Made by a program: the position numbers and the translations under genes
Assembly: GCA_035221665.1 (NCBI GenBank)
Contig: CM069162.1
Span: 16,306,001-16,370,000 of the forward strand
Source: Okamejei kenojei
Taxonomy: Eukaryota
Reading direction: 5' to 3'
Length of the DNA stretch: 64,000 bases
The notes under the pieces: model-generated
Told to the model about the DNA's origin: nothing
What the model saw: only the letters and a program-made list of their open reading frames with translations
The model's database searches: none
Shown: piece after piece, positions 50,773 to 64,000 of the stretch
Layout: each line of letters begins with the position of its first letter
How positions within the stretch are numbered: the first letter of the stretch is position 1

Positions 50773-52139
50773 AAATGTGTGGAGATAATACTCTAAAACA
50801 CAACTGGAAGACTTCAAGAATATGACCAGAACATTTTCCTTTACAATGTCATTTAAGATTCACACATCATGCAAATATCTTAATATTTTGAAAGGCAGTG
50901 ATATAAAATATCTCGCAAGTCCTGAATGCTTGTAGAGACACAACATTCGTAAATGGAAAGGTTGTTGGGCTGAAGCTACACCAAAGCCACCAGTAAAAGC
51001 ACCGTGTGGTTTCCCTCAGCCTTGTACCCCAGTCATTTCAAGCAGCCAGTTCTGTGGGCAATAGCTGAGAAAGTTAGAAAAATTGCCTAAGTGAAGGATG
51101 AATGATATGGTTCAGGTGTGATCAACGGTCGATGCTAAGGTTGTTCGCAGAGACGGGGGAATCTCTAAATTCTTCTTGGTATTCTGAGGGAGATGAAAGG
51201 CCAGGATTCTTCCTTACCTATTGGTTGAGTGCCTTTGTCCTTGCATACTGGATGTTCTGTGATAAAATAGATAAATGTACACCCAAGAATATCATTTCTC
51301 AGCATGGATTTAGGAGACATTAAAGAATCCTGGCATTGCTGGCCAACAAGATGGATTTGGCATCTTTTAATTGGTGGCATTTTGCTTTTGTGGTCTCTCA
51401 ATTCTTCGTCCTTGTACTTTTCCAATGCATATACATTGTTTTTAACTGTGAAATACAGAATATTGATAGAGCCAAAATAGTAAGAAAATAACTAAAATTG
51501 AACATATTGTATAAGCTATGTAGGGGAGAAAGTGAAGTTAAAACATATTAAACATAGTGTTCAAATACTGGGCTCTAGATAAATCAATGGGTCACTGGTG
51601 TTTTGATGGGCACATATGTGAAGTGCAATCACACAGTGAAATTATTTTCTTGCAAACAGTCCAGTGGAATATTGCCATTCCCAAGCACATTCCCGATTAG
51701 TAAATTGTACAGAAATAATCTACTGATCCCGCATACAAGAGGCACCGTGTTTTGGGGGTCCATTTTCAGAGTCCATTCCATGCTCGCACATTGTGTGAGC
51801 CCGCAGCATTATGTGAACGCATTGTGTGAACATATGCAGATTTACACGTCTTTTAAAAAATACTGGAACTAATGAAAAAGCCACCAAGTAAAATGGCCAA
51901 GGATAGCTGCAAGACTATTCAGAGAGGCTCACACTGAGTATTCAAAGGAACAATTTGGGATGAGTATTGCTCCTCAATTTCAATCTCACATGTGAACTGG
52001 AAAGCAAGTAAAAATCAAAACAATAGTCTCGAAAGAGAAGTGGCTCAGTTTAAGGTCAAGCTTTAGAATTTACTTCTGTTTGCTACTGCACAACCGGCTA
52101 TCTTGTGCAGGTTACGCTCGCATGGGCACTGGTTGCAAA

Positions 52140-53900
52140 AGGGTTATTTAGATTTGGTGAGATGATCCGTGTCCAAGTTGTCGAGCTGTGACTTGATGAC
52201 AAGGTTGGTGCACATCTGGTGGTGTCAGGAAGGATGTTCCACTCTGGGATAGTCCATGGATATAGTGACTAGATAGCTATTTTTGTTTGCTCTAATTCTA
52301 GTGTAAAGTGACCTGAGGACTGTCTTGTATATTTCTGGGTATTGGATTGAATGAGGTGAGATATGTTACTGGAGATGATGCCATGAGTCTCCTTGTAGAC
52401 AGTACATAAGCGGGCTTTGTTGCGTCTTGATTCCAGCTACTCCCAGCCAAGGTGATTTAACATATCGGAAACACTTGACTGTCTTGAGTAGTCGTTATAG
52501 ACAAACTGGGCTGCACGCCTCTGAACCTTGTCAAGGGTGTCAATGTTATTTTTCTGGTGAGGGTCCCATATTGTCTGGCAATATTCCAACAGTGGGCAGA
52601 TAAGTGCTTTGTATGCTACCTCCTTACTTGGTTTGTCACAACCGGATAAGTTTCTCCGGAGAAAGCTCCAAAGTTCTGTTTGCTTTTGTGGCAATCTAGT
52701 TTATGTGTTTGTTTCAGGCTAGACCAGATGTGAGTTCAACTCCCAGGTATGGGTGGTGATCAACTTCTCTAAGCAGGCCGTCTCCCACCTTGTACTGGTT
52801 CATAATCGGCTTGGCTTTATGAGTAACTCTCATGGAAAAGCATGGGCCCCAACACTGTTCCCTGGGGCACGCCGGACTCGACTGGAGATTGTTGTGACAA
52901 CTCACCGTCTACTACAACCTTTTGATGACGTTTAGTGAGGAATAAATCAATCCAGGAGTAGATGTTATTATGGATGCCAACATGGTGAAGCTTGGCTATC
53001 AACCTATGGTGTTGAAGTCCTTGCTAAAATCCATTATAATAAGATCGGCCTGCCATCTGTTATCCAGGATGGTTTGCAGATCATTAACCAGGGCAGAGAG
53101 CTGGGTCTCGCATGACGTGCCTTTGCGGAATCCATGCTGCTGGTCAGCTAGTATATTGTGTATTTCAAAATGCTTCACAACATAGCCATGAATAATATGT
53201 TCAAGGAGTTTGCAGACAATTGAAGTCAAGGATACCGGACGATAATTGGCTGGATTTGAGCGGTCGCTCTTTTCATAAATTGCAGAGATGTTTGCATTAT
53301 GTCAGTCACTTGGCAGTTCTCCAGTAGAAATTGATTTCTGGAATAATATCTGGGAGATTGGAGCAATGCTTGAAGAACATGATTTCAAAACTCTGGCAGT
53401 CATACTGTCTGGGCCACAGGCTTTATGAGGATTCAATTCAGACCAAAGCTTTTCAACTCCCTCTTTGGTGATGAGCAAGTCACCAATGTCTGGAACACTA
53501 CTAGGGCCAAGATCAGGAAAATCAGGTAAAAACTGAGCAAAACTGACGATCAAGAGCTTTGGCTTTATCATTTGCAGCTGAAATTATGGTATTGTTAATA
53601 TGCAAAAGGTGACACTCCAGAGACTTCCTTTCGCTTGGATTTTATGAAGTTCCAGAATGGCCGGGTGTTTTCGGTCTTGAGGCTACCACCAATAATATCT
53701 CTGATGTTGGATTTATGAGCAATACGAATCTTTCTGTCAATGTGCTTGCGAAATTATCTGAAACTAACCCAGCAAGAAGCTGAGTCGTGTTTTTTTGCAT
53801 TTTTATATACACGTTTACCACCTTTATAGAAAGGATGAGCTGTGGTTGGACAGGTTTGCTCAGGCTAGGACACCGGCTTTGTGAAGGATCATGGAGCTAT
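52140..53900 (-). mobile_element. Degraded LINE of the CR1/L2 group, a family distinct from the local CR1
   Basis: KACGPD, QHGFRKGTSCETQL, DFSKDF, SGVPQGTVLGP, LLEYCQTIWDPH, KVQRRAAQFV; the YADD region appears deleted. Confidence 0.85.
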
Positions 53901-54770
53901 ACAGAGATGATGGGAGGTCAGCTGTGGAGTGATTTTGAGGTTTCTTCCTTGGAATCTGTGACGTTTTAAGTAAATTAATTCGAGTTTGAATTTTTTTAAA
54001 TTCAATTCTCAGCAGATGTGACTTTTGAGTGAGCTATCTCTCAGATCTGGCAAGTGTGTATATAATGTGGAAGTGGTTCACTGTGGGAGGGTGGATCTGA
54101 TGTGAATGGAAAAAAGTTGAAGTGTTGAGCCTTTTGCTGGTACTTTGCTGAGCAGCTGACATCTTGTCTAAGTTTTCCTCAAAACCTATTTTACTCACAA
54201 AACCTTGAACCTTTTTCTGCACACTGCCATTTGCTACTTCTATGAGCTGATTTAAATTGAATTGCTAAAACCATTTAGCTGGAAATTCATTTCAGTATTC
54301 AACTGGTTAAAAACTTTAGTAAAAATTGGAGGATATCTTCGATCCATTCAAGATATCAGTAATAAACAATCAAGTTAGTCAAATTTACAATCCATGACCT
54401 GGGTGCTATTGGATGTGAATACTGGAAAGATAATCAAAATGACAGGTCTTTAATGATGTCAAGGAATAATATTTAATTGTGACAGGCAATTATTATTGGT
54501 GATGTACATTGATGTAGCCTTTTACCTATCTGAACCACAAGTGTTAACATTGAACAAAGTAATGCAATTTCATCCGTCTCCTCTATTAACCTTGTAAAAG
54601 GCCAGAATATTGATATAACTTAAAAGGTGAGATTGCTTTTTATAGCTGGATCTATTAAAAACCTCCTTACCTCCTCATAATGCCCTCCAATGGCTTTGAA
54701 TCATAAAACCACAGGGGTTTTGTTTTTTTTTCTCTGTAGCTTGGTGGAATTGATTTTATTTTTGCAATAG

Positions 54771-55351
54771 AATAAAACTAAGATTTCCGGTAGACACACA
54801 GTGAGAATTCATTTATATTTTAACTTAAAAGTATTCTTACTGTGGCTTTGAAATTATTTACGGTGTTTGGAATGCGGCTTTATTTTTAAAAAATATGGAA
54901 ATAAATATCCTTCATATTGAAGGGGACAGGCAAGGAATTTGGCAACATCCACTTGCTAATTTTGTTGTTTTATATTGTATTCCAGTGAACAATGTTATAT
55001 AGCTGATGTGTCGTAAGTTTTTATTTTTAAATGACCATTATTATAACATTTGGTCATTGTGATCACTTGATTTAAATGAAGCTTTTCACTGCAGTCCTAT
55101 TCGTGGGTTATTAATTTTGGACATTTTATCTTCATAATTTGTGGGTGAGGGGGATGGTGGGTTGGGGAAAGGAGGCCTGTTGGTGGGAGAGGAGAGTGTG
55201 GGCAGCGCAGAGTGAAAGAATTCCAGAAAAATGAGAGAGACAACATACAAGGTGAATTGTGAATCTTGGATGATACTGCACGTTTTAAACTGGTTCACAT
55301 TCAAAACCTGATCTATGCAGAATGTAACTTACGGTTTACAATATGAATAAA
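54771..55351 (+). terminator. Candidate polyadenylation signals of ZBTB40
   Basis: AATAAA at 54771, 54900 and 55346 within U-rich, repeat-poor, UTR-like sequence. Confidence 0.4.
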
Positions 55352-56319
55352 AATATTGATTTAGACTGAATCTTGGTTTCTGAACATTTATTAAGCATAT
55401 TATATGGAATTTGTAAAATATCTTTCCACCCATTTGATGCCTGTAATGAGATCCCTTCTCACATTGTCCAGTATTAGATTTTAATAAACAAATACACCTG
55501 GAAAATTCACCACAATTACTCCTTTATTCAGTTTGCTGAACCTCTTATGAATAAGAAACGTCAGCAAAAGTAATTATCTATATATATCACCCAATGTATT
55601 AATGATCAGGTAGCAAAAGGCCACTGAAACATTGCCTTCATAATATCTTAATGACACTTTTGAACCATTTGAGGATCCTCATTTCCTGTCACCTAGTTTA
55701 ATGTACTGTAAGGTTTACAGCAATTACTAGAAATACTCAGCAGGTGAAGGGGCATCAATGTTGACTCTGAGCTGACATTTCAGATCATTAAGATTTGCCA
55801 ATTCAAAGTTTCATTTCACTTTCAAAATTTAATTAAAAATAACTCAAGAAACTATGTTGTAACTCTTAACAAGCCACTTTTGGCAGAAATACATTGGTTG
55901 TGAGCCCAATAAATGTAATTACTGTTAAAACACACAAAGTACTTATCCTATAACACCAGGATAAGCAGTCAATCAAGAAAACCAAGCCCAATGCCAAAGT
56001 AATACCTAAACTACCTATGCACACTTATGCAATAGAACAATAATTGCATATATAAAACCTATTTCTCAAAATCTTGGAGGCTGTCCCCCTCCAAATCCTT
56101 GAGACAGTCTGAGTCACACTTCTTCATACTCGGTCCTTTAAATACGTTCTCTTTATTCTAGTTGCACTTGCTCTCTATGCTGTTACATTTATTGTTTCTT
56201 TGATCGTACATGTGAGTAACTGTTTCCTGAGCTATTACATCGTGCCATTTTTGATATTTTTTTTAATTGGTAGCCTTGTTTCTCTTTCAAGCTGAGGTGT
56301 TCCTTTTCTTCCTGAGTTA

Positions 56320-56935
56320 AGAGTCAAGGGTGTTTTATCGTCATCTGTCATGGATGAGACATTGAATTTCTTACTTGTTGCAGCACAACAGAATATGTAA
56401 ACATAAAACATAATGGGGGAAGAGAAAATAAAAGTTCAATGATTAACAAAGATAGTGCAATAATAATATAGTCTTTTGCAGTTCAGAGCTTATTTGTTGT
56501 TGTGTTTAATAGCCTGAAAGCTGTAGGGAAGAAGCTGTTCCTGAACCTGGACATTACAGTTTTCAGGCTCCTGTACCCTATTCCTGATGGCAATGGTGAG
56601 ATGAGTGTGTGGCCAGGATGGTGTGGGTCTTTGATGATTTTGGCTGCTTTTTTGAGGCAGGGACTGCAATAGATCCCTTCAACGGTGGGGAGGTCAAAGC
56701 CGGTGATGGACTGGGCAGTGGTCACAACATTTTGTAGTCTTTTCCACTGCTGGACGTTCAAGTTGCCGAACCAAGCCGCGATGCAACCAGTCAGAATGCT
56801 CTACCGTGCACCTGTAGACGTTTAGGAGAATCCTCTACAACATGCCGAATCTCCGTAATCTTCTCAGGAAGTAGAGTCGCTGATATGCCTTCTTTATAAT
56901 TGCATCGGTGTGCTGGGTCCAGGAAAGATCATTGG
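56320..56935 (-). mobile_element. Rex1/Babar-like LINE 3' end
   Basis: RLQNVVTTAQSITG...IIKDPHHPGH...LPSG..YRS...RFRNSFFP; related degraded copy at about 2780-3030 (+). Confidence 0.85.
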
Positions 56936-57254
56936 AGCTACTTATTGAAAGGGACTCGTGTGAACCACCTCATATTCTATTGCAAACATGTTTTGCTTCC
57001 ATAGATGTTTTGGAACTTTCAAGTGCTCATTGGTCTCTTTATCTTTTAATCAATGTTCCACAACTAATTTATTTGTTTCATGGCCACCCATCATTAGCAC
57101 CTTCAGAATGGACTTCATGATGTTATCTAACATCAGTATTTGCTTTAACAATCTTTACGAAACAGTTTCATTAAAACATAAAACAGGAACTTAAAAAAAA
57201 AAAAAAAAAATGCATTTAAAGCATTTCAGCATAGTGTTATACAGCACAGAAATC

Positions 57255-57600
57255 GGACAAAGACACAAAATGCCAGAGTAAATGAACGGGACAGACAGCA
57301 TCTCTGGAGAGAAGGAATGGGTGACGTTTTGGGTCGAGACCTTTCTTCAGACTGAGAGTCAGGAGATGGGGAAACTAGAGATATGGAAAGGTACAAAGAG
57401 AATGTAAAGTATGTAAAGGACTGATTAAAGCAGCCGATGATCAAGGAAATGTAGAATGGCTCATTGTTGGCTATGGGGAAGGTGACGTTGAGGCATACAA
57501 GCAGTAAAATTAATCAGGACGACAGTGAAACTAGTAGGAGGACTAGGGTGGGGGAGGGAAGGAGAGAGAGGGAAAGCAAGGGTTACTTGAAGTTAGAGAA
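57255..57600 (-). mobile_element. Penelope-derived terminal-repeat fragment
   Basis: Antisense CTGAAGAAAGGTCTCGACCCAAAACGTC at 57323-57350 with family flanks; a similar shorter copy at 58143-58250. Confidence 0.8.
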
Positions 57601-58646
57601 ACAGACCAAACCACATGTCTTTGTGATGTTGAAAGAAACACATTTGGTTGCAGAACATGCAAACTGTAGACTGCCTCCGAGGTCAGGATTGCACCCAGGT
57701 CTCTGTTGCTGTGCCACCTCTTTTTTAAGCTACCTCGTGCAGGGTTGCTAGCTTTTTCCCAAAACTGGGGGGGAAAAAAATAGCAGTCGTGTTTTCAGTT
57801 TCAGGATGAGGAGGCGTCGAGAGAACAAATGGAGTGCATATGATTGACCGGTTTATGTGCTTGTCTGGGCTGCGTTCACAATTTGCTGCAATTTCTCTTG
57901 GTTTTGGACAGGAGTAAATCAGCTAAATTTATCAGGTTTTTAGAGAAGCTGAATCCTTCAAATAAAATGGCCCAGCTGATGAAATTAAAAGACAAAAATC
58001 AGTCGTAAAATTAGTCTTATAAAAAAAATGTCTAGTTTTCACATGATTTATTTCAACTCGAGGTACCATTATCTGCCTAATACTTTTTGAGCAACTACGT
58101 TTGGTTCCTTTTTCATTCTGTTTTCCACTGATAACAAAAGTTAGACAAAAAGTGCTGGAGAAACTGCAGGAGAGGGAGCATCTATAGAGAGATGGAATTG
58201 GCGACGTTTCGGGTCGAGACCTTTCCTCAGACTGATGTCGGGGGTGAAGGAGGGAAGTTGTTAGCTTTCTAGTTGCATGGCTGATGGGACGCAAAATAAT
58301 TAAAATAAGAAAATATAAAGTGAATTTCACAATATTGGATTGAGATAATTCCAAATTATATTAATAGAGGCTCATAATTCAGTGACATTGAGCTGCAAAC
58401 CTGGCGACCCTTGAAGGAAGGGAGTGGATAATGGAGCAGCTGCATGCTGGCACTGAGACTGCACAACCATTTGATCCATTGGTAGCACAGTGCGCAGCTG
58501 TTAGAGCTGCTGCCTCACAGCGTCAGAGACTTGGGTTCAATCCTGTGTGTGGCTTTTGAACATTCTCCCTGTGACCGCATGCGTTTCCTCCGGATGCTCA
58601 GGATTCCTCCCACATCTCAAAGACGTGTGGGTTTGTAGGTTAATTA

Positions 58647-59975
58647 AATGAATGATTGATTGAAAGAATGAATGAATAAGTTTATTGGCCAAGTATTCAC
58701 ATACAAGGAATTTGCCATGCTGCTCCGCCCACAAGCGACAACATGACATACAGTGACAGCTACGAATGACACATAAAACACTAAACATTAATAATAAAAC
58801 ACCATTGATTAAACATGTGAAGCAAACAAAATACCAGAGCAAAAGGAGACTGCAGATTTCTGGCTGTTGAGTAGAGTTACTACTCGTGGAAAAAAACTTT
58901 TTATATCTGGCTGTGGCAGCTTTGACAGTCTGGAGTCGCCGTCTGTGATGTGCTTTCCCAGCCTCACATGCTGTTTCCTGTCTGTCAGAAAGCTGGTGAT
59001 CCACCGACAGAGGGGTTCAGGCACAGTCAACTCGGAACTTTTGGAGTGTAGTAGCTCTGGCACAATGGTGTTGAATGTAGAGCTAAAATCAACAAACAAA
59101 ATCCTCACATAGGTCCCCTGGCGGTCTAGGTGCTGGAGAATAAAGTGCAGACACAGGGTGACTGTATCATCCACAGATCTATTGGCCTGATATGCAAACT
59201 GCAGAGGGGGTTCGTGATATTTTTCAGCTTGGCCAGTACAAGCCTTTCAAGAGTCTTCATGAGGTCCATGCGACAGGCCTTTAGTCATTGAGACCAGTAA
59301 TCCTTGCCTTTTTGGGTACAGGGACAATAGTGGAGACTTTGAAGCAGGCAGGGACAGTACAGGGTTGCAAGGACTGGTTAAAAATGTCTGTGTAGACCGG
59401 TGCCAGTTGTTCAGCACAGAGCTTGAGAGTCGAGGGGGAAACATTGTCCAGTCCTGGAGATTTCCGGCTTTTCTGTCTTCTGAAAAGTCTCTCCACCACC
59501 TCTATTTTTATTGTTGATGATGGAGAAGTGATGTTGTTCAGCACGGAGGGTGTGGGTAATTCGGTGTGAAGTGGTGATTGGAGAGGGGTGGGTGGGAAAG
59601 GGTCCAGTCATTTCAGACTGGAGTCTTGCTTTAAGTATGTGTGAAGTGGTGAATGGGGAGGAGTGGGTGCAGAATGGTCCATACTTTGCAGACTGGCTGT
59701 GTTTGTTTGGGAGGGGGTACCAGGGTTACGTTTCTGCTTGTCAAACCTGCCGTAGAACTCATTCGGGTTGTTGGTCAGCTGACAATTGTCCAATTTAGCT
59801 CCCGGGGGGCTTTCCTCTTGTTGCTGGTGATTTCTTGCAAGTCCTTCCAAACTGATGAAGAGTCACTAGCTGAGAACTTGCTCCTCAACTTCTCAGAGTA
59901 CCTTCCCTTGGCCTGCCTGTAGAGGTCTGCATCCCCGCCCCTGTAGGCCTCCTCTTTAGACTGTCGGAGCCCCTG
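58647..59975 (-). mobile_element. Rex1/Babar-like LINE inserted into an HE1 SINE (halves at 58481-58646 and 59976-60098)
   Basis: YVRILFVDFSSTFNTI, CAEQLAPVYTDIFNQSL, FKVSTIVPVPKK; (ATTC)n tail; the SINE consensus GTAGGTTAATT/GGCCTCTGTAAATTG is split by the insert. Confidence 0.88.
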
Positions 59976-61164
59976 TAAATTGGCCTCTGTAAATTGCCCC
60001 TAATGTGTAGCAAATGGATGTGAAAGTGGGAAAATGTACAACTGATGTGAACGGGTGGTCGGCTCTGACTTGGTAGGCCAAAGGACCTGTATCTTTCAAT
60101 TAATTCCATCAATTCAATGCATCGTCTGGAGCTGAGATTCAGTATCATAAGTTAGCCCGTTGCCTTTATCTTCCCCTTGGAATCAGGTCTTGTGCTATCT
60201 CAGCAGAATACTCATGATGACGACTGGTGCAGGTTGGGTGTGGAATATATCACTAAACCTGGAGAGGAGATGGCAGTTCCCTCATGCCGTATCTCCTCTG
60301 CAGGAGACTCCTCTGCTCACGCCTGCATCTGCTGGATATTGTAGGGGAAAGACCTGCAGACATGCAGCATCTATGAGTTAGTGTGGAACAATGTGTTGAC
60401 CCTGTGCAATACCCCTAAAGAACCCGTTCACCTGAAGAGTCCAGACGTGTCAACTGAGAGCAACAATCTGGTCTCCCATGGCATGTCTTTGTTCCTTCAG
60501 AGCGTGAAGATCCTCCTTTTTGGCAGACACCAAACTGTTAGCTGGATCAGCGTGAGAGGCCATGGAAGCAGCAAGACTTTGTGTGACCTCTATCACCTCC
60601 AGTAGAATTGACGGTCTCCTGGCTCTGAACTACCGTTGACGAGAGATTGGTGATGGACTCCTCCTCATGCAATGGGCACGAAGGGCCTTTCTTCATACTG
60701 ATGACTGTTCATTTCCCTGCTAAGTTCCTCCAACCGTTTGCTTTTTGCACAAGATTCCATCATCTGCAGCCTCTTGAGTCCCCCAAGAGGTGCGCATTAG
60801 TATGTCAGCGTATACAGTATATAAGCATTAATAAGATAAGTTAATGTATTCATGCATTGCTCCATTGTAAAGGTATTCCCACTCCTGGAGGAGACTGCTG
60901 TAATCACTCCTTGCCAGACTTCGAACGCCAACTTGGCAGAATACCTATTCCCTACCCTGTATGCAGGACCTCCCTCCTCACGTGTATCTCACTTGCGTGG
61001 CTTCTTGTGTTTATCTGGAGCTCGCTCCTCATGCCTGCTCCGCATGGCAGCCATCATGTGAGTTGTGGCTGTCTGGCTATTGCAAGGGAGTATCTCCTTC
61101 AAGGGGTGGTTTCCTGCTTTGACTGGCATGAGGCAAACACTAGAAGCTATTTGTGGTTCCAGGA

Positions 61165-61490
61165 AAACATAGAAACGTAGAAAATAGAAGTAGGCCATTC
61201 GGCCCTTCGAGTCAGCACTGCCATTCAATATGATCATGGCTGATCATCCAAATTCAGTACCCCGTTTCTGCTTACTCCCCATATCCCATGATTCTGTCAG
61301 CCCTAGGAGCCATATCTAACTCTCTTGAAAACATGTCTTCAGTGGCAGAGAATTCCACAGATTCACAGCTCTCTGAGTGAAAAAGTTTTTCCTCATCTCA
61401 GTCCTAAATGGCCTACCCCTTATTCTTACACTGACCGCTGGTTCTGGACTTCCCCAACATCGGGAACCTTTTTCCTGCATCCAGCCTGTC
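61165..61490 (-). mobile_element. CR1 3' end
   Basis: Antisense of the 15720-16060 sequence, including the (CATAGAAA)n tail. Confidence 0.85.
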
Positions 61491-63559
61491 CAATCATTGC
61501 TGCCTCCAGGTGGAAACCACCTTCACACCTTTTCAAGCAGCATTTTGGCTAATTATTACGTTATTTCACAAGGACCAGAATGTGTGGGTGATGAGGAGTT
61601 GGCACTAACAAATTTTCATACAATTGTAGATTCATTTTGAAAACATCATGAGAAAAACAACACTGAACCTTGTGTCTTGTGTAATTTGCATTATATTGAA
61701 ATAGCCATATATTTCACCACATAAAGTCACAGCCAATCCCTAATTATATTGACAAAATAATATTGGCTCCTTCAAAGTGCTTAGAGAATGTCCATAAATC
61801 TCTCTCAATAATATTCATTGGGTGTGAAGTGACTGGAACAATGATTGCCGTCAAATGATTAATAATGCTTTGCTCTGTAATGTTGATCATCAGGGCATTA
61901 CACGCCAAGTTGCTCCTCTTGCTTGTGAATGACAACCTACACTGTACTGCAGTGGTTAATTATGTTAATGCTGTAATACTATAATCAAGAGCTTGTCTCA
62001 AGCCCTTGTTGAATTACCACAGTGCTCCCGCTGCTTCTGCCATGGAAGTTGTCAAATCTCCTGGCATAAGTGGAGCAAACAAGCACCTGTAGTACAAAAA
62101 TCGAATGACTTCTCTCCGTGAAATAGAATTTTTGACGAATTTATTCTGTGAGAGACAGCTGCATTATTTCAGCAAAGTATGCTGCTTAGTGCCTAGTTAA
62201 TCTGTGCACCTGCCAGTCCGGCAGATCTAATTCTGTAATTGTATTCACATAGGGTCTGAGAGGCTGCCTTGGTTTTTCTCATTAAACACCTGGATGATCT
62301 GTTTTATGCATTGGAACAAAAGATTCATAGATGAGAGATAGCCGTCTTTGGTAGGATTGCTTTTTGCTTTCTCGAGAAACAGTTAATCTAATAAGCGATG
62401 CTTGATTACGTTTCTTCCACTGAATTATCAAGAGACATCGGCAATATTACTTTCCACGTGTGCAAGGTAAAAATTCTGCTGACAAGCTGCCTCTTTATTA
62501 TCACAGGTTCCTGTCCTTGCATCCCTCATTTGATACTTTGCATCAAACAGCCTCCATCTTCACAGCAGCAGTTTAACGCTACACATTCACACATACTGTA
62601 GAAGGTTCCAGTTCGGAAACTATGCTTCAGCATTCATGTACCATAACCCACAAACACTATTGCACAAAATAAACATAGGGACCTCAGCGGGAACCAAGGA
62701 ATTGCAATACAATTCATAAATCACCAGCACTTTCCTTCTTGCACTTTGGGACCTTTTATGTTCCTTTTTTTCGTTTCAGCTTTGTAACTGCCTCCACTGC
62801 AGTGTTAAATGCATTCTCTTTTTCTCATTTGATGGATTTTTTTTTAAAAAGGATATTGTTACCAGCTGAGCTTGGCTAATGTGCAGCTGTATATTTTTTA
62901 TTAGTCCCAGGAGCTGGTGGATTATTTTGATACAAGCCTGTGAGACAGGAGCGAGAGAAGCTCTCACCTCAACTCTTCATAACCTTCCTGTTTCTATATT
63001 CAGTAACATTGTTTCCACATTAACAGTAAGAGTCTGTAGCTATTTGTGCAACCTGCATACTACCTCTTTTCGAGTTATGCACCAGGATATGCCTCTGCGC
63101 CTCAGAGCTCTGATCAGGATCATTTTTATTTTTTGCACCAAAATAGACATTTTCCTGAATAGAAATTCGCATTTTCTTACTTTATACACTATAAAGTAGC
63201 ACTGAATCTGACTCTATCTCCTTGTCATTCTTCTTGTTCCTCTTCGCATTTTTCCTTTTTGGCCATTCCTCTGTGCCGTCAACAAAATCATCTGTGTGCA
63301 TTGTAAACGGTCGAAGCCTTAGCACCGATAACAAGTGGCACATCACTCTTGCCCTCCAACAAAAAGAACCATTTACACCTACATTCTGCTTCCCATTAGC
63401 TAGCCAGTCTGCTATTCAAAATGTTACTTCTCACACTAGGAACTTTTATTCTCTGCAATCACCTTCAATATGGAACCTTATAAAATGCCTTCTGAAAATC
63501 TAAGTATCATGCATGCACCAACCCCCTTCTATACGCAGTGCAGGTTACCTTTATATGGA

Positions 63560-64000
63560 GTTATAAGACATGGAAACAGGCCCTTCAGCCCACCATGCCA
63601 ACCATTGGGTCCTGTCTGAACAAATCCCATTGACCAGCACTTGGTCTGGAGTCCAGATGTCTTGGCGATTCAAATCCTCATCTTGTGCTTTTTATTTGTG
63701 AACGTATCTGCCTCCAGTACCTCCTCAGGATGTGTTCCAGATCGCAACCACCCTCTGGGTGAAAATATTCTTCCTCAGATTCCCTCTTATTCCTTGCCTT
63801 ATAACTACATCCATTGTAGTTAGACACCTCTGCCATGGGAAAACATCTTACTATCTACCCTACCTTTAGCTTTTGTAATTTTGTGCGCGCCCATCAGGTA
63901 CTCCGTCAACCTCCTTTGCCTCAAGGAAGCCAAACTCAGTCTATCCAATCCCTCCAAAGGTTTTGAACCTGATCAATTTTTAGGTGACTCTCCTCTGCAT
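63560..64000 (-). mobile_element. Degraded CR1 3' end
   Basis: GGAAACAGGCCCTTCAGCCC tail and similarity to 36980-37560. Confidence 0.7.

Noticed and set aside
60150-61160. Short ORFs downstream of ZBTB40
   Set aside because: No coherent exon chain or domain; probably decayed repeats that I cannot classify.

Overview
Eukaryotic DNA from a cartilaginous fish, most likely a skate or ray (inferred from HE1-like SINEs and abundant CR1 and Penelope repeats). The window holds one complete protein-coding gene, ZBTB40 (+ strand). I reconstructed it by hand as 17 coding exons from ATG 6895 to TGA 50772 with GT-AG introns and consistent phases: 3753 nt, 1250 aa. The protein has an N-terminal BTB domain, a central helical region, one C2HC finger, one degenerate finger and 12 C2H2 fingers. 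A CpG-island promoter with a 40-bp minisatellite lies at about 4480-5480 and may be bidirectional. Introns and flanks contain CR1, Rex1/Babar-like and another CR1/L2-group LINE, Penelope-like elements, HE1 and Deu-type SINEs, a Tc1 remnant and a hAT-like element. Main observations: (1) the ZBTB40 central region is four tandem two-exon, phase 1-0-1 modules whose sequences resemble CARD (death-fold) domains; (2) about 15 Penelope-derived minimal hammerhead-ribozyme motifs, including an intact tandem pair in a ZBTB40 intron; (3) a possible tandem-acceptor switch between a uORF and an N-terminal extension. All alignments were by eye, no searches were run, and repeat boundaries are approximate.
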